A stretch of DNA of 64,000 nt. It comes from Paragordius varius. Taxonomy: Eukaryota > Animalia > Nematomorpha. Positions 25,215 to 39,521 of the stretch are shown in pieces; position 1 is the stretch's first letter, and each line of letters opens with the position of its first letter. The DNA is taken from contig OZ176050.1 in the NCBI GenBank assembly GCA_964247055.1, forward strand, positions 3,906,001 to 3,970,000, given 5' to 3'. Under the pieces are notes generated by a model. That model made no database searches, was not told where the DNA came from, and was given only the letters and a program-made list of their open reading frames with translations. The position numbers and the translations under genes were made by a program.

Positions 25215-28200
25215 CATTGTGACACAACTTTTTCTGAATCTAAATTTTTTAATATTTTCTGATTTCTTATGGTATCAGATTTGTGAAAAAAAATTTTTAC
25301 TTACCCAGGTCGTTTTCGAGATATGGGACTTTTTCCATATTTAGACATACAATATTTTCTCGTTTGTAAATATTTTTCACTAGGTAAACAAATTATATGT
25401 GGCTTATAATACAAATTTTATTATAGACCACCAATTTATCCTTAAAATAAAAAATTAACTCAAAATATTCAATACTTTTTGTTCCAGGGGCAAAAACCCT
25501 CAAAAACGGGGGAACTTAACATTTTTTGACACAAATATTTTTCATCATCTTATTAAATGAAAACACATTTTATTTTATGTTCTTGGATGTTAATAATGTT
25601 TGTTTAATTATAATTATCATTAGGTAATAGCTTTGTCGACTTTTATTTTAAAAAATAAATTTAATTTTTACATCTTTTTTGCTGTTTTTTTATCTAAAAA
25701 AGCTAAATTTTACTCAGCTGCATATAATATATTCTTTATTACATATGATATTTTTAAATATTTCTTACACTTAAATATACTCTATATCAGCTTTTTCATC
25801 AAGAATATATTATTATATACCCAAAATGTACAAAAAATATAATTATCACCCACATTTTTTAAACGCCGCAGTTTTAATAGGGCCGCAGGCATGCATTTAA
25901 TTTTAGGTTACGAGTTTTTTAAACGATGTAGTGTTTAAATCTAAAATGAACCCAAAAAGCGGCATAGGTTTTATTGCCAACTTTTTCTTAAAATTTTTTG
26001 GGAAATTAAAAAATAACAATTACCTGGAATTAGTTAATCGACTCTTTCTATAGGATGGGTATGTATGTCAGAATACTCATGTTATTTAAACATTTAAATT
26101 CTTTTTTATCCAAAAATATAGGATGCCGCTTGAATCTAAAGCTACATATAGTGAATTCCCATTGTGTGTTTCCCAAAGACGCCATCACAGAAAGAACCGA
26201 AAAGGGACACAATTTTAAATCTTTCGAAAAAACTATCGAAATAATATAAATTTAATTTGCGATTATAAATTTATATATATATGTATATAATAAATTAATT
26301 ATTATTTTATTTTACTTTCATTCAAAATCAAGATAGATTATCCGTGTCTTTTTGACCAAAATAAACACTTTCTTAATTATCCACTCTAATTAATAGAAGC
26401 ATTAAATTACATGTTTTCACTCGTCATAGCGGTCATGTTATATAACCTGTCTCGCCATAGTACTCTATCTATGGCGTCTTCTGCATTAAGCTCGTATTCT
26501 GCCAACTTTTTTTACTGTACACCCATTTCGATTTAGGCCTCCCACGTCCTCGTTTTTCTTCAACTATATGACTATCTATTATTTTTGCAATATGATTAGA
26601 ATCTCTCCTTTCAATGTGCCGGAACCAACGTACCCTATTTTTTGACATTATATTCACTATTGATTTAACATCTGTGCTCCCACGAATAAATCGATTCTCA
26701 ATTCTATAGTCTGTTGTTACCCCACACATCATTCTAAGCATTTTCAGTTCAGTCACGTTGAAATGTCTTTCTTCGGATTTTTTGACACTCCACGTCTGTG
26801 AATTATACATAATTGTGGGTTGAACAACTGAACTGTATATCTTACCTTTCACTCTAACATCAATATATGAATCACATAAAACGCTTGAAATTTTCCAATT
26901 TATCCAACTGTTTATTTTCAAATTAATATCATCGGTCAACGATCCAACTGAACTTAGCCCCCAAATATTTGCAACTTTCTTTACCCTTCAGAAGGCTATC
27001 ATCAACTTCCATTTCATGTTGTGGACCCCCAAAAGTAATAAGTTCGGTTTTTGCTTTATTTACTTTCAGACCGTATTGATTCAGTATAATGACCCATCTG
27101 TTTACCGTTCGCTTTAACTCAGCCAATGAATCAGACAAGATGATTATGTCATCTGCATTTAAGTCAAACCTGACCTTACATTAACGACCTTGGCTATCTC
27201 GTCCATACAAATTAAAAACAATAAGGGGCTGAGTGATGACCTTGGTAGACTCCATACTTTATTGAAAAGGGCTCTGATAAACCTTGTGTTTTAATCCTAG
27301 AGGTGTGAGATTTTTACATTATTTAACAACTTGATATAACTTTCTGGGACCTTTTTACGACGGAGACTTCAACAAATAGTTTATCTAGGAATCCTGTCAA
27401 AAGCCTTTTCAATCTCAATTAAAACCCCGTGTAACTCTTTCAATGAGAATTATATATTGAATTATACGCAAATCCTCATTTAATGCTTCAATTAATTAGA
27501 GTGAATATTAAAGAAAGTGTATATTTTGGTCAAAAAGACACGGATAATCTATCTTGGTTTTGAATGAAAGTAAAATAAAATAATAATTAATTTATTATAT
27601 ACATATATATATAAATATATAATCGCAAATTAAATTTATATTATTTCGATAGTTTTTTCGAAAGATTTAAAATTGATGTCCCTTTTCGGCTCTTTCTGTG
27701 ATGGCGTCTTTGGACACACAATGGGAATTCACTATATGTAGCTTTAGATTCAAGCGGCATCCTATATTTTTGGATAAAAAAGAATATAAATGTTTAAATA
27801 ACATGAGTATTCTGACATACATACCCATCCTATAGAAAGAGTCGATTAACTAATTCCAGGTAATTGTTATTTTTTAATTTCCCAAAAAATTTTAAGAAAA
27901 AGTTCGCAATAAAACCTATGCCGCTTTTTCTTTGGGTTCATTTTAGATTTAAACACTACATCGTTTAAAAGACTCGTAACCTAAAATTAAATGCATGCCT
28001 GCGGCCCTATTAAAACTGCGGCTTTTAAAAAATGTGGGTGATAATTATATTTTTTGTACATTTTGGGTATGTAATAATATATTCTTGATGAAAAAGCTGA
28101 TATAGAGTATATTTAAGTGTAAGAAATATTTAAAAATATCATATGAAATAAAGAATATATTATATGCAGCTGAGTAAAATTTAGCTTTTTTAGATAAAAA

Positions 28201-28679
28201 AAACAGCAAAAAAGATGTAAAAATTAAATTATTTTTTAAAATAAAAGTCGACAAAGCTATTACCTAATGATAATTATAATTAAACAAACATTATTAACAT
28301 CCAAGAACATAAAATAAAATGTCTTTTCATTTAATAAGATGATGAAAAATATTTGAAAATGTTAAGTTCCCCCGTTTTTGAGGGTTTTTGCCCCCTGGAA
28401 CAAAAAGTATTAATTTTGACTTAATTTTTTTTATTTTAAAGATAAATTGTTGGTCTATAATAAAATTTGTATTATAAGCCACATATAATTTGTTTACCTA
28501 GTGAAAAATATTTACAAACGAGAAAATATTGTATGTCTAAATATGGAAAAAGTCCCATATCTCGAAAACCTGGGTAATTAAAATTTTTTTGCACAAATGT
28601 GATCATAATACCATAAGGAATCAGAAAATATTAATAAATATGGATCCAGAAAATTGACCCCAAATTTTGTTGCATAGTG
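25215..28679. mobile_element. Palindromic Chapaev3-like (CMC) element with arms of about 1.2 kb (25215-26407, 27478-28679)
   Basis: CACTGTG-type termini and 3-bp TAA TSD. Each arm holds a transposase C-terminal remnant NF(L)GN.KNNNYLELVNRL..YRM-GCRLNLKLHIVNSH, split by a 63-bp GT-AG intron (26059-26121). Confidence 0.8.
26408..27420 (-). mobile_element. RTE-clade LINE 3' fragment in the loop of the palindrome
   Basis: Motifs SLSPLLF..MD, ADDIIIL, KGKIYSSVVQP, RWFRHIERR, KRGRGRPK; frameshifted. Confidence 0.85.
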
Positions 28680-30198
28680 TAATTATTCTTAATAATTTGC
28701 AAAAAATAGAGTTAATGGAGGTTAAATAATAATAATAAAAAACATATTTAATAAAAATAATGTCTTTAATTATTCTTTTACGGGTTTTTGCATAGGCTGA
28801 AATATTGTTTCGAAATAGACCAAATTAAATGTGTTCCTTATAAAATATTCAACCATTGGATTTATTTTAAGATTTTCGTTTTATGAAGTCATGGATAAAA
28901 GTTCTAATTTGAAATTGTGTTCATACAGCTGGGATCAAGGGATATATTGTGGTTCCTTTTTAAAGGAAAAAATGATATTATACAAATTCCCCAGAAACGT
29001 GTTTAACTGAACTCGTATGGCTTCTTAGGTTTTTCGAAAGTTAGCTCCAAAACTACGCCTATTTTGTTTGGCGTCTCCGTTTTAAACTGATAGACCCCTA
29101 CCCATTTGCCTTTATAGGGCAAATATTCGGAATCATCTTTGATACCATCGTCTCATGGGTTATTCAAAAAACCTCAACACTAAATCGTTATATGATGGCG
29201 TTTTAGGGCATAAAGGCATTAAATTAACGGCTAATAAAAGAACCCGATTTTAATTTTTACTTAGTTACGGGTAATATAACCTTTAATGAGCTAATATGGC
29301 TTCTAAACAGATAGCCGCTAAAACTGCGCCACAATATAGAAATTGCGTTGCAGCCAATATTAAAAAAACGGAAGACTAAAATTTTTTCCTTAGAATAACT
29401 CGAATCCTCAGTAAATTTTAACGGTATCATACCCTGGGCAAAAAATTATTTAGTTTTTTTTTTAAAAAAATGGCATCTTACGGGGGGAACGGGTAAAAAG
29501 AGAGCCTAAATTAAAAAAAGTAAGCCGAGTAAGTTTGAAGCAATCAAAAAAACGTAAAAATAATCATATTTGAAATCGAATGGTTCAACACGTTTTCCGG
29601 AAAATTGTCTAAAAGACACGATTTTCTGGACTTGTGTTTTCAAAAAAAACCGTTTAACTGGGAGCCTAATTCAAAAAAGAACGAAGCTATTGTCGGGGCA
29701 TCATTAATGATTGAATTTTTTTGACACTTGGATGGATTTACCGCGGTTTTTCGGAAACAGATTACAAAGCCAGTATTTTCCATTTTTATAAATATATAGA
29801 TTATAATGATTGGAATAGATGCTGGTATAAACAGTCTTTCCGAACCAGAAGATTGTATGATATATTTATTTACGATGAATGTTATTTTTTTTATAACAAT
29901 AATTTTACAATTTAAAAAACATTTTTTGTTAAATTGTATTTTTATCACTCGCGACCCCAAATGGGGTCGCGACCCATAGTTTAAGAAGCCTGATATAGCA
30001 ATACCCATATTATTGGAGTTATAAATTACGTATTTTGCAATTGGTAAATGTTTTTTTATTTATTTTTCTAACCACAGGGGTCATTATAAAAGGAATTTGT
30101 TCAAATCTAGGTGAAACAAGCAGTGCGTTGTTAATATTGGTCTTTATTAAGACGTCGGATTTTATTTTAATACAATTGATTCCTCTGTAGCCCATACA

Positions 30199-33100
30199 TA
30201 AGGTGACCAGATATTTTGAAGGAAAAAGCGGGACAAATCTGAGAGGGGGGGGGGGTCATTGGGGGGTACAATCAAAAATTTTTATACAAAAAATTTATTG
30301 TAATATTTTATTTTTAACAAAAATACATTATAAATATAAAAAAATTTGTACCTCACAGGTTGTTTGTACCTTATTTTTTACATGTGCACGAACAAAGGGT
30401 GAAGTGATTGTAATATTCTACAAAAAAATAATAAAGACGAAATCATCACAAAGTGCGCTGGGTGATGCAAGAAGCGGCACAAAAAATATTTTTAACAATT
30501 TAGCGAATCTTAATCAAAACATTATTGGCAGATACACAACGCTATTCAAACAGCTACTGATTTGTTACCCCTGGAAGTGGAAAATATAGATGTTAAGATG
30601 CTTGGATATCGTAAACTGTTGGTTAGCTCTTTTTCCAGCGATTGAAATATTTATAAAAATGTGATCTCCTAGAATATTTTTTATCACAGGACAAAAGTCA
30701 AAATTCCAAGTCAAAAAAGGTTAGAAAATAATTTTATACCATTACCTAATCGCAATATTATAAAGCATCCAGAAAAACAAGGCTTAATGAATAGCCCGAA
30801 TATAAAAATGTTTTATACAAACAGAAACGATTATTTGGAAGACAAGACGGTGCACAATGACAATTTTTTATGAAGTCTCATTATTAAATAAATATATTGA
30901 ATGAAAACTTATATTATGGACAACAGAAAAAAATACGTAGGATAGAAATGGTTAAAATAATCATTTTTAAACAAATTATGTTCCATACAATAATATTTTA
31001 ATTGTGGAATTTGCATTATCTTTACCTGAACTACTGCTATTGAAAGCGTTTTTCCACAGAAAATTAAGAAAGGACACGGAATCAAATTTAAATGTTAAAT
31101 AAAAGCCATTTTATGTGTTCAAATATAATTTGACAAATTATGAAGACTTATACAATATTTTAAGTAATTTTGTTTATTTTTTAACACAAAATCTTTAAAG
31201 AAAATATTTCATTCTTTGGATATTTTTTGTTTGAGTGAATGCGTTTTAGCAGATTGTCATCCTTTTTTAAAATATTGTAGAACTCTTCACAAGAATTTGT
31301 CAAATTATATTTGACAGACAAACCTTAAAAGTTTCAACATTTAAATTTGATTTTTCCGATGTCCACACCTGATTTACTGTGGAAAAAACGCGCTCAGTAG
31401 CAGCGTTGGTTCCAGGTAATAGTGCGAATTCCACAATATTTAAAATATTATTGTGTGTAATATAGTTGGCTTCAAAATGAAACATTTCCAACCATTTCTT
31501 TTCTACTGTATATTTTTCTTTTGTCCATAATTTAAGTTTTTTATCAATATATCTTTTAACTAATGATACTTCAGAAAAAAGATCATTTTCTGAAAGATTA
31601 CTTTTTGAGAATTTTTGGGAGCAGATATAATCAAATGATTTTTGAACATCGCACCAATTAAATTCTGTTTTTAATGTTATCCAATGAAAATGATCAATTT
31701 CATTAAATTGCGTCGTCCAGTCTTCCAAATAATCTTTTCAGTTTGTATAAAACATTTTTATATGGTACAGGATATCTTGACGATTTATTAAGTCTTGTTT
31801 TTCTAAATTATTTATTATATTGCGGATGGTTAATGGTATAAAATTATTTTCTAACCGTTCTGGACATTGGAATTTTAGGTTACTAACTTCATTGGCTACT
31901 TCAATTGCCAAAATTTTGTTCCCTTCTATATATTTAATAACATTTTGAAAGAGAGAAGCTTGATTATGTGGGGACTCTAACCATATTTTTGAAGAATCAC
32001 TTTCAAAAAACTTTTCCAAAGTTGTAGGATATTTATCCTGTGATAAAAAATAGGATTTTAAAGGATCATACATAAAATTCTTTCGATAGCAGAAGAGCTA
32101 ACCAACGAGTTTTACAATATCCAAGCATTTTTTGATATTGAACTTCTGCATTTTCACAGAATACCTTAAGCGTTTCAACGCGTACCGTGTATATATAAAA
32201 AAGATATATATTTTAATAACTAAATTTTCCACATCTAGGGGTAACAAATCATCAGCTGTTTGAATAGCGTTGTGTATTATATGCGCTGCACACCCAACGC
32301 CAATAATGTTTAGATTAAGATTATCTGTTAATTTATGAAAAATATTTTTTGTTCCCCTCCTTGGTTTTCCACCAAAGTTCGTATTGGTGTTGTCAGCGCA
32401 ATATGCGACAATTTTGTCTTTTAAATTATTTTTTTCAAGGATATGCATTATTGAAGTAAATATTATTTCGGAATTTTTACCGGGTAGGGAAATTAAATCT
32501 AAAATTTTAATTTTTACTCCAGTTTCTGAATCAAAATATCTTATCAAATTGGGAAATAATTTTGTTTCATGGGGATTTGATGCATCGTATAGGGATAAGA
32601 AATTAATTTTTAGCAAATCTTTTTGTATTTCAGAAAATGCATGTGGCGAAAGGACATTTTACACAATGGCTTCAGCCTTTGTACGGGCACATAAATTTTT
32701 AATTGAATAAAGTACGAATAACCTGTGAGGGACAATCCATATATGTAAAGGTATGATTGTGATTAACGGCGTGAAAAGATAACACGCCCTCAGCTAGTGC
32801 CAAATTCTTTTTCCTCTCCAAAAGCGGTTTTTCCAAAAAAATCGCTCATTTTGTAAGATGATGCCGCCATATCTAAACATTTTTTATGTTTCTGTGTTTC
32901 CATATTTGTAATATCATGCTTGCCGCCATGTGCTAGGGTGAATTCCCCCTCGCATATAAGACATTTAACAGATGATTCATTCTTCGTATTTTAATAAAGG
33001 GAAAATCTTTCATTAATTCATCGTTGAATTTACAACCTCTTATTGTGCTCATATGTATAAACTACTATTAGTATAATAAGTATTATAATACCTTAATTTT

Positions 33101-33666
33101 CTGAAATAAACGTGTAAGGTACCGATTTGTGGTATCAATTTGTCTTTTAAGCTACCGATTTGTGGTATTAATTTGGCTTTTTAATATATGTTGGATGTAA
33201 TAAAACTAAAATATTAGTATAATAAATATTATATTACCTTAATTTTCTGAAATAAACGTGTAAGGTACCGATTTGTGGTATCAATTTGTCTTTTAAGCTA
33301 CCGATTTGTGGTATTAATTTGGCTTTTTAATATATGTTGGATGTAATAATACTAAAATATTAGTATAATAAATATTATATTACCTTAATTTTCTGGAATA
33401 AACGTGTAAGGTACCGATTTGTGGTATCAATTTGTCTTTTAATCTAGAGATTTGTGGCTTGGCTTTTTGATAATAATGACAGTAGTAGTAGGAAGGAAAG
33501 TGTATAATCATATGATATAAATTTGAATAAATATTTTTAATTTAAAATTTATATAGACTTTAATGATATTTAATGATAAAAAATTTAAACGGATAAAAAA
33601 ATTTATTTGTATTTAAAAAATTTTTTTTTATATAATCGTGAAAAAGCGGGACGTCTGGTCACCTTA
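30199..33666 (-). mobile_element. hAT element H1 (TAAGGTGACCAGA TIR, Blackjack-like), decayed transposase
   Basis: 13-bp TIR; 8-bp TSD CCCATACA on both sides; empty site near 7863. Transposase pieces 31300-33050 (GCAAHIIHN, LPGTNAATERVFS). 146-bp tandem repeats at 33067-33460. The Blackjack assignment is from memory of the TIR. Confidence 0.9.
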
Positions 33667-35702
33667 CCCATACATAAATTTCTAATTTATTCTTTAATAT
33701 ATTTAAAAATTGCATGCTAAACACAGTTCAGCAGGAATTTAAGTGGGGTAACAAGATGTCATTTGTGAAAAAATTCATCGATTTCTCAAATCGAATTCAA
33801 TGTAATATATTCTATATTTGTGCTTACATCAATGGCAAATATACTTATAAATTAAATTTAATTTGTCCATGCATTTCATCAAATTTTTTGTTTTTACTCA
33901 TGTTAGTACAATTTAACAGCAAACTTACCATTATTATAGTATTTTTACTAGTTATTTTGTTATTTACATGAAAATTAACAAATCTATATATGTTTATATG
34001 ATAAATTTTGATACTTATGTTATTTGTGTTAGACACCCCTGCTCTAAAGCATGTGTGATTAACACATGTGGCTTGGCGGGCTGCATTCGCAAGATATATG
34101 GGAACTAACAAATATTTTTTTAGATAGAAACATAAGACTGTAAAAATTAATATTTATTTTAACGGTTTTAGCTAGTTCATTGCCAAATATAGAAAGACTT
34201 ATTCGGAAAATTTGTTTATGAAAATTAATTTTACTTATATTTTGTTATTTTTAATGTTTAAAATTTCTCGCGTGCTGCAAATATGACTGATTGTAATTGA
34301 TTTTATATGTAAAAATTATAGTCGTTTTTTACCTAGTACCCCAAAAGTTGGTATTTTAACATGGATTTTTTTTATGGTCAAAAATTAAAAAATTAAACAA
34401 AAAAAGAAAAAAACACCATTATACAGACCATGTAAACTTTTATAAGTGCACCATAGAAACGATAATGGATTGAGTTCCATAAAAAATTATAGCCATTCAA
34501 TTTTTCAAAAAAACCTATGGGCTCCATGGTTTATTGGGCCGTAGTTTTAACCTAAGCCGATCGGTGGTGCGTTTGTTCTATACTTTATTAATATATATGT
34601 GATTAGATTTTAATTGTCAGTCATTTAGTTCAGGTGTAAATACCAGCGTCCTGTTCCATAAAATAATCGTTTTGAATGAATCCAAATTTAATTTTACTCA
34701 CTTTACTTAAAATAAAACTTTGTATAAATTTATTTATGTCGTATTGTTATCCTCCAACTGTTCAAACCAAATAAGATTCTCTTTCAGGCGGATGGTAAGG
34801 TTCTATGATACAGCAATCTTCTCGAGGACCTGAGTTCCCAGTAAGCTTTCCTCATTCTCAACAAGGCTCAAATGGTCTGGAAAGTTATGAATCTAAAACA
34901 AAATCAATTTCAATAAGAATCAATCTTAATAGGATTTTATGATAGTTTACGTGTCTGTAATAACATAAATTAAAAGGTTAAAATGTATAACTTAATTAAT
35001 TTTCCTAAATTAAATGAAAATAAATTTGTCTATATAGCTCTAATCTGATGTAATAATGGCTCCAAAGTCAGAAATCAATACAATAATTTATTATAGAGAG
35101 AAATAATTTTGGTCAAACACAAGAAAAGGCGAATATATCAACCAACTTTAAGGTAGAGCCATCTGGCATTATCTAACTAAAAACTAACAATGTGTTAATA
35201 GTTTTATGAACCTAAATTATTTAAATTTATAGATTTGTAATAGTTATAATTCGTGATCTAAAAAGCATAAAATATTTTTACTACAAGAGCTCTTCCAATT
35301 ATCCCTTGTTCGTTTGGCAACATGCATATGACAGAACTTTATGATAATCGCTTCGCCATCTAAGTTCGCCAAAAATTTGAATTGTTTAAGGGCGATTTTG
35401 AATTGTTCTAGGGTTAATTGTTTAAGAAGGAATATTAATTGTAGGGTCAATTTTAATTGCAAATGGTATATTGCATGTGTTGAAAAAGGTTTGAACATAG
35501 CATTAGACCTTTAATGGGTAAACTATGATTAGAAAAAGTTAAAGCTTAAAATAAATTTAAGAAAAAACTAACCATATTTTATAATATTTACTGTATTTTT
35601 ATGATTAAAGTAATAAATTATTTTACAGACACTTATTAATTTCTTTACTCGTATTGCAACATTTTAAATTTATGACCCATGTTCGGGTAAGTATTACTTG
35701 CG

Positions 35703-35772
35703 TCCTTATGCTTAAATCCTTATGCTTACGTCCTTATGCTTACATCCTTATGCTTACGTCCTTATGCTTACA
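35703..35772. repeat. 14-bp tandem repeat x5 (TCCTTATGCTTAC[G/A])
   Basis: Directly visible. Confidence 0.9.
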
Positions 35773-36161
35773 TTTTTGAATAAAAATCATAAGTCTGCTC
35801 CTAGTAGACTTATTAAAATTTCAAAGTGGCATATCTTTAAAAATATTGTGATTTTTTGACTTCTGTAAATTGGAGGAGACAAAGTAAAGTATATTCACAA
35901 ATAATTTATAGGTTTGATTAATGTTGATTCAATCTTTTGGCATTAAAAGAAGTTTACACAACCCCTGTTAAAAAATAGAAAAATCCTAAAACATGCATGC
36001 AAAATCAAAAGTTTTTTAGAAGAAATAGGTATGCATTTTATCCAACTATATTTTTTAGATATTTTTGAGTTATCAAAATTGAAATATTTGCATACTTTGT
36101 GAAATAAAAAAAACTACCCAGTTTTTGAATTCTACTAATTGGAGAGAAAATCATGTATATA

Positions 36162-39100
36162 TAAGGTGACCAGATTTTTTGAAGGAAAAAGCGGGACAAA
36201 TCTGAGAAAGGGGGGGGGTCATTGGGGGGTACAACCAAAAATTTTTATACAAAAAATTTATTGTAGTTTTTATTTATTTTTAACACAAATACATTATAAA
36301 TATAAAAAAATTTGTACCTCACAGGTTGTTTGTACCTTATTCAATAAATTTACATGTGCACGAACAAAAGGTGAAGTGATTGTAATATTCTAGAAAAAAA
36401 TAATAAAGACGAAAGCATCACAAAGTGCGCTGGGTGATGCAAGAAGCGGCACAAAAAATATTTTTAACAATTTAGCGAATAATCTCAATCAAAACATTAT
36501 TGGCAGATACACAACGCTATTTAAACAGCTACTGATTTGTTACCCCTGGATGTGGAAAAATTTTAAAATGCTTGGATATTGTAGAACTGTTGGTTAGCTC
36601 TTTTGCCAGCGATTGAAATATTTATAATGTGATCTCCTAGAATCCTATTTTTTATCACAGGACCTAGGTCAAAATTCCAAGTCAAAAAAGGTTAGAAAAT
36701 AATTTTATACCATTATCTAATCGCATTATTATAAAGCATCCAGAAAAACAAGGCTCAATGAATAGCCAGATATAAAAATGTTTTATACAAACAGAAACGA
36801 TTATTTGGAAGACGGTGCACAATAACACTTTTTTATGAAGTCTCATTATTAAATAAATATATTGAATGAAAACTTATATTTTGGACAACAGAAAAAAATA
36901 CGTAGGATAGAAATGGTTAAAATAATCTTTTTTAAACAAATTATTTTCCATACAATAAATTGTAGAATTTGCATTATCTTTAACTGAACCACTGCTATTG
37001 AACGCGTTTTTTCACAGTAAATTGAGTAAGGACACGGAATCAAATTTAAATGTTGAATAAAAGCCATTTTATGTGTTCAAATATAATTTGACAAATTATG
37101 AAGACTTATACAAAATTTTAAGTAATTTTGTTTATTTTTAACACAAAAACTTTAAAGAAAATATTTTATTCTTTGGTATATTTTTTGTTTGAGTGAATCG
37201 TTTTAGCAGATTGTCATCATTTTTTAAAATATTGTAGAAATCTTCACAAGAATTTGTCAAATCATATTTGACAGATAAAACGGCCTTTAAAGTTTCAACC
37301 TTTAAATTTGATTTTTCCGATGTCCACACCTGATTTACTGTGGAAAAAACGCGCTCAGTAGCAGCGTTGGTTCCAGGTAAAGATATTGCGAATTCCACAA
37401 TTTTTAAAATATTATTGTATGTAATATAGTTGGTTTCTAAATGATGAAATATTTCCAACCATTTCTTTTCTACTGTATATTTTTCTTTTGTCCATAATTT
37501 AAGTTTTTCATTATTAATATATCTTTTAACTAATGATACTTCAGAAAAAAGATCATTTTCTGAAAGATTACTTTTTGAGAATTTTTGGGAGCAGATATAA
37601 TCAAATGATTTTTGAACATCGCACCAATTAAATTCTGATTTTAATGTTATCCAATGAAAATGATCAATTTCATTGAATTGCGTCGTCCAGTCTTCCAAAT
37701 AATCTTTACAGTTTGTATAAAACATTTTTATATGGTACAGGATATGTTGACGATTTATTAAGCCTTGTTTTTCTAAATTATTTATTATAATGCGGATGCT
37801 TAATGGTATAAAATTATTTTCTAACCGTTCTTGACATTGGAATTTTAGGTTATTAACTTCATTGGCTACTTCGATTGCCCAAATTTTGTCACCTTCTATA
37901 AATTTAATAACATTTGAAAGAGAGAAGCTTGATTATGTAAGAATTCTAACCATATTTTTTAAGTTGTAGGACATTTGTCCTGTGATAAAAAAATGATTTT
38001 AAAGGATCATACATATTTAAAATTCTTTCGATAGCTGGCATAAAAGCTAACCAACGAGTTTTACAATATCCAAGCATTTTTTGATATTGAACTTCTGCAT
38101 TTTCACAGAATACCTTAAGCGTTTCAACGCGTACCGTGTATATATAAAAAAGATATATATTTTAATAACTAAATTTTCCACATCTAGGGGTAACAAATCA
38201 TCAGCTGTTTGAATAGCGTTGTGTATTATATGCGCTGCACACCCAACGCCAATAATGTTTAGATTAAGATTATCTGTTAATTTATGAAAAATATTTTTTG
38301 TTCCCCTCCTTGGTTTTCCACCAAAGTTCGTATTGGTGTTGTCAGCGCAATATGCGACAATTTTGTCTTTTAAATTATTTTTTTCAAGGATATGCATTAT
38401 TGAAGTAAATATTATTTCGGAATTTTTACCGGGTAGGGAAATTAAATCTAAAATTTTAATTTTTACTCCAGTTTCTGAATCAAAATATCTTATCAAATTG
38501 GGAAATAATTTTGTTTCATGGGGATTTGATGCATCGTATAGGGATAAGAAATTAATTTTTAGCAAATCTTTTTGTATTTCAGAAAATGCATGTGGCGAAA
38601 GGACATTTTACACAATGGCTTCTGCCTTTGTACGGGCACATGTAAATTTTTTATAGAATAACGTGCGAATAACCTGTGAGGTACAGACCATAGATCTAAA
38701 GGAGTGATTGTGAATAACGCCGTGAAAAGATAACACGCCCTCAGCTAGTGCCAAATTCTTTTCTTCCTCTCCAAAAGCGGTTTTTCGAAAAAAATCGCTT
38801 ATTTTGTAAGATTATGCCGCCATCTAAACATTTTTTATGTTTCTGTGTTTCCATATTTGTAATATCATGCTTGCCGCCATGTGCTAGGGTGAATTCCCCC
38901 TCGCATATAAGACATTTAACAGATGATTCATTCTTCGTTTTTTTAATAAAGGGAAAATCTTTCATTAATTCATCGTTGAATTTACAACCTCTTATTGTGC
39001 TCATATGTATAAACTACTATTAGTATAATAAGTATTATATTACCTTAATTTTCTGAAATAAACGTGTAAGGTACCGATTTGTGGTATCAATTTGTCTTTT

Positions 39101-39521
39101 ATGCTACCGATTTGTGGTATCAATTTGTCTTTTAAGCTGCCGATTTGTGGTATTAAATTGGCTTTTTAATAATGTTGGCAAGTAATAAAACTAAAATATT
39201 AGTATAATAAATATTATATTACCTTAATTTTCTGGAATTAAGGTGTAAGGTACCGATTTGTGGTATCAATTTGTCTTTTAATCTAGAGATTTGTAGTATT
39301 AACTTGGCTTTTGATAAATAATGACAGTAGTAGTAGGAAGGAAAGTGTATAATCATATTAAATTCGAAAAAAATAAATATTTTTAATTTAAAAATAGGGT
39401 TAAAAAAATTTATTTGTATTAAAAAATATTATTTTTATATAATCTTGAAAAAGCGGGACATTTTAAAAACGTAGCGGGACCCTGGACAAAGTGTGAAAAA
39501 GCGGGACGTCTGGTCACCTTA
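36162..39521 (-). mobile_element. hAT element H2 (same family as H1)
   Basis: Same TIRs; 8-bp TSD TGTATATA on both sides; transposase fragments 37138-39004. Confidence 0.9.

Larger units (their letters stand above)
25169..29800 (-). mobile_element. Helitron nested in the MITE
   Basis: Minus strand A|TCTATATATTTATAAAAATG at 29800; hairpin (CACGC-TTCA-GTGTG on +) followed by CTAG|T at 25169. Confidence 0.8.
24946..29992. mobile_element. hAT-type MITE (about 415 bp) expanded to 5 kb by nested insertions
   Basis: TIR CAGGGCTTCTTAAAC / GTTTAAGAAGCC(C)TG flanked by a duplicated ATATAG; empty site near 6300 downstream of copy 1. Confidence 0.8.
18375..30198 (+). repeat. Tandem segmental duplication unit, paralogous to about 41129-53758
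   Basis: Colinear near-identity over the upstream region, LRR gene, 3' flank and nested MITE/Helitron/Chapaev/RTE block; offset about 23 kb; each unit has private insertions. Confidence 0.88.
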
